A DNA stretch of 41,371 bases from Minisyncoccota bacterium (GTDB taxonomy: Bacteria > Patescibacteriota > Minisyncoccia > JAHIHE01 > JAGLIN01). Position numbers and translations under genes: made by a program. Where the stretch lies: positions 1 to 41,371 of the forward strand of contig JAGLID010000067.1 in assembly GCA_023143145.1 (NCBI GenBank). Direction: 5' to 3'. The notes under the pieces are model-generated. The model made no database searches, was not told where the DNA came from, and saw only the letters and a program-made list of their open reading frames with translations. The number at the start of each line of letters is the position of its first letter. Position 1 is the first letter of the stretch. Below are positions 37,012-41,371 of the stretch, piece after piece.

Positions 37012-39663
37012 ATGTCAATTATAAACAAGATATTCGGTGATCCGAACGAAAAGGTTTTGAAGAAAATTTATCCGATTGTTGATGAAATTAACAAGTTAGA
37101 AGGTAAGTTTCAAGAACTGTCTGATGAGCAGCTGAAAAATCAAACGGAAATATTTCGGCAGAGAATGGAAAAGGGAGAAATGGTTGATCAAATTCTGCCA
37201 GAGGCTTTCGCAGTTGTTAGAGAAGCTTCGAAAAGAATACTCAAACAGAGACATTATGATGTGCAGTTGATTGGTGGAATTGTTTTGCATCAAGGAAATA
37301 TATCTGAAATGAAAACAGGAGAAGGAAAAACTTTGGTTTCAACTTTGGCTATTTATCTTAATGCAATTGGCAAAAAGGGTTCACACCTTGTGACTGTGAA
37401 TGATTATCTTTCAAAAAGAGATGCAACTTGGATGGGGCCGATTTATCATTTTTTGGGACTTAGTGTTGGTATTTTGCAACATGATAAGTCTTTTCTTTTT
37501 GACCCAAAAGCTGCACCTGATGAAAATGAAGTAACTGTTGAAATGGAAAATCTGCGTGATATTAGTCGAAAAGAGGCTTATGCTTGTGATATTACTTATG
37601 GAACAAATAATGAGTTTGGATTTGATTATTTGCGGGATAATATGGCAGTGAGCAAAAGTCAGATTGTACAAAGAGAATTAAATTTTGCGGTTGTAGATGA
37701 GGTTGATAGCATCTTGATTGATGAAGCTAGAACTCCGCTTATCATTTCTGCTCCTGACACAGAATCAAATGTCATGTATCAAACCTTTTCTCGTATCGTT
37801 CCACAGTTGAAAGGAGAAAAAGATTATACAGTTGATGAGAAAATGAAAGCAGTCAGTCTAACGGACGAGGGTATCGAAAAAATTGAAAAAATATTAGGTA
37901 TGGATAATATTTATAACGAAGGAGGGATTATGATGGTTCATCATCTCGAGCAAGCCCTGAAGGCTCAAATTTTGTTTAAAAATGACAAGGATTATGTTGT
38001 TAAGGGAGGAGAAGTTGTTATTATTGATGAATTTACAGGAAGACCGATGCCAGGAAGAAGATTTAGTGAGGGACTTCATCAAGCGATTGAGGCTAAGGAA
38101 AATGTTAAAGTTCAAAAAGAAAGCAGAACGCTGGCGACTATAACTTTTCAAAATTATTTTAGATTATATAACAAGCTTTCTGGAATGACTGGAACTGCGG
38201 TCACAAACGCGGAAGAATTTTCTCGAGTCTATGAACTCGATGTTGCATCTGTTCCTCCTAATAAAGTATTCACAAGAATTGATAGAAATGATTTTATTTT
38301 CAAGACGGAGTATGGAAAATTTACGGCTTTGATTCGAGAAATAAAAAAATGTCACGAAATAGGACAGCCTGTTTTAGTCGGAACAATTTCAATTGAAAAA
38401 TCAGAAACTCTAAGTCAAATGCTTGTCAAAGAAGGAATAGAGCATCAGGTTCTTAACGCTAAGTTTCACGAAAAGGAAGCATTGATTATTTCAGGCGCTG
38501 GGCAAAGAGGAGCCGTGACAATTGCAACCAATATGGCAGGAAGAGGGACTGACATTAAGCTTGGTGAAGAAGTCGAAGAGCTGGGAGGACTTTGTGTTTT
38601 GGGAACAGAAAGGCACGAAGCAAGAAGAATTGATAATCAGCTTCGAGGAAGATCTGGAAGACAAGGAGAGCCGGGAAAAACTCAATTTTTTGTGTCAATG
38701 GAGGATCATCTGATGCGTGTTTTTGGATCTGATAAAATGAAAATGGTGATGGATAAATTGGGGATTGAAGAAGATATGCCTATTGAGAATTCTTTTATTT
38801 CCAAGTCTATCGAAAATGCACAAGGCAAGATTGAAGGATATAATTTTGATATCAGAAAGCATGTGCTTGATTATGATGATGTTATGAATCGACAAAGAGA
38901 AGTAATATATAAAAGACGAAGAGAAATTCTTGGTATAATGGAAAATCTTGAAAAGGGTGAAAAGGAAATTAACAAAGATAATTATCCAGAACTTTTGAAA
39001 TTAAAGGAAAAGATTTTAGAGATGTTCGAAAATCAATCGCAATATGTTGTTTCAATTCACAGTGTTGACAATCGAAGTGCTTGGGATGTGAAAGGAATAA
39101 TGGAAGCGGTTCATAAAGCCGTTGCGGTCAATGGAGATTTTGAGAAAAAAATTAAGGACATTATTTTTTCTGATAAACCAGATGAAGAAGCTAGAAGCTT
39201 GCTGACGGATTTAGTTTTTTCAATTTTATCTGATGCTTATAACAAGCGAGAAGAAGAAGTTGGCTTTGAGGCTGCTAGGCAAATCGAAAAAATGGTTTTA
39301 CTTAGAAGTATTGATGTTCTCTGGATGGAGCATCTTGATTCGATGGACAGCCTCAGAGACAGTATTGGTCTTCAAGGTTATGGGCAAAAAGATCCTCTCG
39401 TGGAATATAAGAAAGAAAGTTATCGAATGTTCCAGTCTTTGATTGGTGCAATCGAGGAAAATGTAATTTCTTCGATATTCAAAATCCAAGTTGTCAAAAA
39501 AGTGAAATCTCCGATGGAAAATCAGAATATCAAAACAAGTGGCGGAGGAGAAGAAGAACCTTCTGTTTCTACTCCTGAAATTGTGAAGAAAATAGGTCGC
39601 AATGATCCATGTTCTTGTGGAAGTGGAAAAAAGCATAAAAAGTGTTGTGGTAAAGAAGTGTAG
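37012..39663 (+). CDS. secA: Preprotein translocase ATPase SecA
   Basis: MKTGEGKT, DEVDSILIDEARTPLIIS, ATNMAGRGTDI, RRIDNQLRGRSGRQG, C-terminal GRNDPCSCGSGKKHKKCC. Confidence 0.98.
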   Translation: MSIINKIFGDPNEKVLKKIYPIVDEINKLEGKFQELSDEQLKNQTEIFRQRMEKGEMVDQILPEAFAVVREASKRILKQRHYDVQLIGGIVLHQGNISEMKTGEGKTLVSTLAIYLNAIGKKGSHLVTVNDYLSKRDATWMGPIYHFLGLSVGILQHDKSFLFDPKAAPDENEVTVEMENLRDISRKEAYACDITYGTNNEFGFDYLRDNMAVSKSQIVQRELNFAVVDEVDSILIDEARTPLIISAPDTESNVMYQTFSRIVPQLKGEKDYTVDEKMKAVSLTDEGIEKIEKILGMDNIYNEGGIMMVHHLEQALKAQILFKNDKDYVVKGGEVVIIDEFTGRPMPGRRFSEGLHQAIEAKENVKVQKESRTLATITFQNYFRLYNKLSGMTGTAVTNAEEFSRVYELDVASVPPNKVFTRIDRNDFIFKTEYGKFTALIREIKKCHEIGQPVLVGTISIEKSETLSQMLVKEGIEHQVLNAKFHEKEALIISGAGQRGAVTIATNMAGRGTDIKLGEEVEELGGLCVLGTERHEARRIDNQLRGRSGRQGEPGKTQFFVSMEDHLMRVFGSDKMKMVMDKLGIEEDMPIENSFISKSIENAQGKIEGYNFDIRKHVLDYDDVMNRQREVIYKRRREILGIMENLEKGEKEINKDNYPELLKLKEKILEMFENQSQYVVSIHSVDNRSAWDVKGIMEAVHKAVAVNGDFEKKIKDIIFSDKPDEEARSLLTDLVFSILSDAYNKREEEVGFEAARQIEKMVLLRSIDVLWMEHLDSMDSLRDSIGLQGYGQKDPLVEYKKESYRMFQSLIGAIEENVISSIFKIQVVKKVKSPMENQNIKTSGGGEEEPSVSTPEIVKKIGRNDPCSCGSGKKHKKCCGKEV

Positions 39664-39702
39664 TCTTTATTTGTAGAAAGTTTTTATTTTAAATAAAAAA
39701 AT

Positions 39703-40107
39703 ATGGATATAAATAATATCGAATTTATTTGGATTTTGATTACAATAATTACTTCTTTATCATCTGGTATTATCGGTGTAGTAATTTCAATTGTTTATCA
39801 TAAAAAAGCTGAGAAACAGAGATCTAAAAATGAAACTTTAAAAAATCTAGTTGGGTATAGGTTTCATATACAAGGTGAAAAATTTTCAAAAACACTTAAT
39901 GAAATTTTTATTGTATTTCAAGACTCTAAGATTGTAATTGAAAAGCTTAATAAACTTCACGCAGTAATAAATATTAAATCAGACAATAAAGATTTGGTAA
40001 ATGAAGCACTGTTAAATCTTTTTAAAACAATGTGTGAAGATATAGATATTGATTTCAGTAAAAATAATGACTCATTGTTTCTTAAAGCATTTAATATAAA
40101 AGAATAA
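39703..40107 (+). CDS. Hypothetical protein with N-terminal TM helix
   Basis: 134-aa ORF, very AT-rich, with a TM segment then a helical domain. Confidence 0.65.
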   Translation: MDINNIEFIWILITIITSLSSGIIGVVISIVYHKKAEKQRSKNETLKNLVGYRFHIQGEKFSKTLNEIFIVFQDSKIVIEKLNKLHAVINIKSDNKDLVNEALLNLFKTMCEDIDIDFSKNNDSLFLKAFNIKE

Positions 40108-40143
40108 AAATTTTTGCCTTTTAAGTAAGAACAAGGTAGTTGT

Positions 40144-40172
40144 TTGACATTTGCGGTTTTTTGTTTTAAATT
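40144..40172 (+). promoter_or_regulatory. Sigma70-type promoter upstream of secD
   Basis: TTGACA, 17 nt, TAAATT. Confidence 0.5.
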
Positions 40173-40311
40173 TACTAAGTATAGTTTTAGCGAATGTTTC
40201 TTTGCTCTGTATTTTTAATAACCAGTAAAACTATTTATATTTAAAGCTTCCTCAATTTTTCTTAATTGAGGGGAAATATCTTGTTTTAATTTAATTTTTT
40301 AATATTTCAGT

Positions 40312-41371
40312 ATGTCTAGTAAAAGAAAAACGTTATTGAATATTTTGTTAATCATTGTTCTTGCGGTAGTTACAAGTTATGTAGTTTATCCTGGAAATCA
40401 AGGAATTAATATTCAAAAGTACGGGATTAACTATCAAAATGATTTGAAATTTCATTTGGGCCTTGATTTGCAGGGTGGAACTCATCTTGTTTATCAGTCC
40501 GATCTTTCTCAAATTAAAGAAGAAGACAAGGAAACAGCACTAGAAGGAGTTCGAGATGTGATTGAAAGAAGAGTAAATACTTTTGGAGTCGCAGAGCCAA
40601 TTGTACAAACTTCTCAAAAAGATCGTTTGATTGTTGAATTGGCAGGGATTAGTGATGTGAATCAAGCTATCAAAATGATTGGAGAGACTCCACTTTTAGA
40701 GTTTAAAGAGGAGATGACAGAAGAAGAGAAGACTGCGATGCGAGAACAATTTAAGGATATTGAAATTTCAGAATCAGTTTTGGCACAGTTTTTCTATAAG
40801 AATACAGAACTTGGCGGAAAACAGCTCGAAAGGGCAGACGTTATTTTTGATCAAAACACTAATGAAGCTGAGGTTCAACTTCAATTCAATAGTGAAGGAA
40901 AAGATCTTTTTGGTGAAATTACAAAAAGAAGCGTTGGAAAAAAAGTTGCCATATACTTAGACGATATGCCAATTAGTATTCCAGTAGTCAACGAACCTAT
41001 CACGGATGGAAAGGCTGTTATTTCTGGAAATTTTTCCATAGAAGAGGCCAAGATGCTTGTTCAACGACTTAATGCAGGTGCCCTTCCAGTTCCAATTAGT
41101 TTAATCTCTCAACAGACAGTTGGTGCAAGTTTAGGAAAAGATTCAATTGAAAAAAGTTTAATTGCTGGACTCACTGGTCTTATTCTGTTGATTTTATTTA
41201 TGATAATTTATTATAGGTTGCAAGGAGTTGTTTCTGTTTTTGCCTTGATTTTATATTCTTTGATTGTATTGTCCATCTTCAAGTTTATTCCAATCACTCT
41301 TACTCTTTCAGGTGTTGCTGGTTTTATATTATCAATTGGGATGGCGGTTGATGCTAATGTTTTGATTTTTG
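40312..41371 (+). CDS. secD: Protein translocase subunit SecD, 3'-truncated (not in ORF track)
   Basis: MSSKRKTLL...LGLDLQGGTHLVY, IERRVNTFGVAEP, LNAGALPVP, TVGASLG, TLTLSGVAGFILSIGMAVDANVLIF; frame open to the window end. Confidence 0.95.
   Translation, partial: MSSKRKTLLNILLIIVLAVVTSYVVYPGNQGINIQKYGINYQNDLKFHLGLDLQGGTHLVYQSDLSQIKEEDKETALEGVRDVIERRVNTFGVAEPIVQTSQKDRLIVELAGISDVNQAIKMIGETPLLEFKEEMTEEEKTAMREQFKDIEISESVLAQFFYKNTELGGKQLERADVIFDQNTNEAEVQLQFNSEGKDLFGEITKRSVGKKVAIYLDDMPISIPVVNEPITDGKAVISGNFSIEEAKMLVQRLNAGALPVPISLISQQTVGASLGKDSIEKSLIAGLTGLILLILFMIIYYRLQGVVSVFALILYSLIVLSIFKFIPITLTLSGVAGFILSIGMAVDANVLIF

Noticed and set aside
510..39636. Many antisense or out-of-frame ORFs in the track (e.g. 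510-1028, 13372-13707, 14404-14772, 22087-22371, 31760-32173, 34228-34617, 37096-39636 set)
   Set aside because: They are shadows of well-supported genes on the other strand or frame and have no motifs
40760..40960. 66-aa plus-strand ORF
   Set aside because: Out of frame inside the clear secD coding region
1..41371. CRISPR arrays, tRNA/rRNA genes, transposases, integrases, prophage genes
   Set aside because: No regularly spaced direct repeats, cloverleaf or T-loop signatures, or such protein motifs were seen by eye
1..41371. Alternative genetic code (TGA=Gly, as in Gracilibacteria/Absconditabacteria)
   Set aside because: Conserved genes are uninterrupted under the standard code, and TGA ends genes at expected lengths (3912, 10511, 18296, 22038, 35714)

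Overview
AT-rich bacterial chromosome segment using the standard genetic code (TGA acts as stop). The gene content and style suggest a Patescibacteria/CPR (Parcubacteria-like) organism; this is inference from SD-less housekeeping genes, a membrane-anchored Clp ATPase and interspersed orphan genes. In order, the window holds: a truncated multi-winged-helix orphan; rmuC; a run of nucleotide-sanitising and tRNA-modification genes (Nudix, SpoU, two HD proteins, a Trm9-like methyltransferase, Elp3); lone purF and ilvE; RidA; an unusual membrane-anchored ClpA-like ATPase with a membrane partner; cyclophilin; an amino-acid permease; VanZ; a peptidoglycan cluster (mraY, murD, ftsW, murG, murC, murB); MFS and CNNM transporters; hpf/raiA; secA; and the 5' part of secD. 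Best candidate for an undescribed system: the genes inserted in the mur cluster, namely a D-aminoacylase-like enzyme, a cytoplasmic SH3-NlpC/P60 peptidase, a MurD with an altered substrate pocket, an unannotated 50-aa LysW-like zinc-ribbon protein ending in EEEK, a threonine-synthase-like PLP enzyme and an ATP-grasp ligase. Other notable items are an Elp3 + Trm9-like pair (possible eukaryote/archaea-type mcm5U34 route), a 6S-like rod-shaped RNA after murB, and decayed palindromic repeats translated inside elp3. No rRNA, tRNA, CRISPR array or transposase was seen. All family assignments come from motif recognition by eye, not from database searches.
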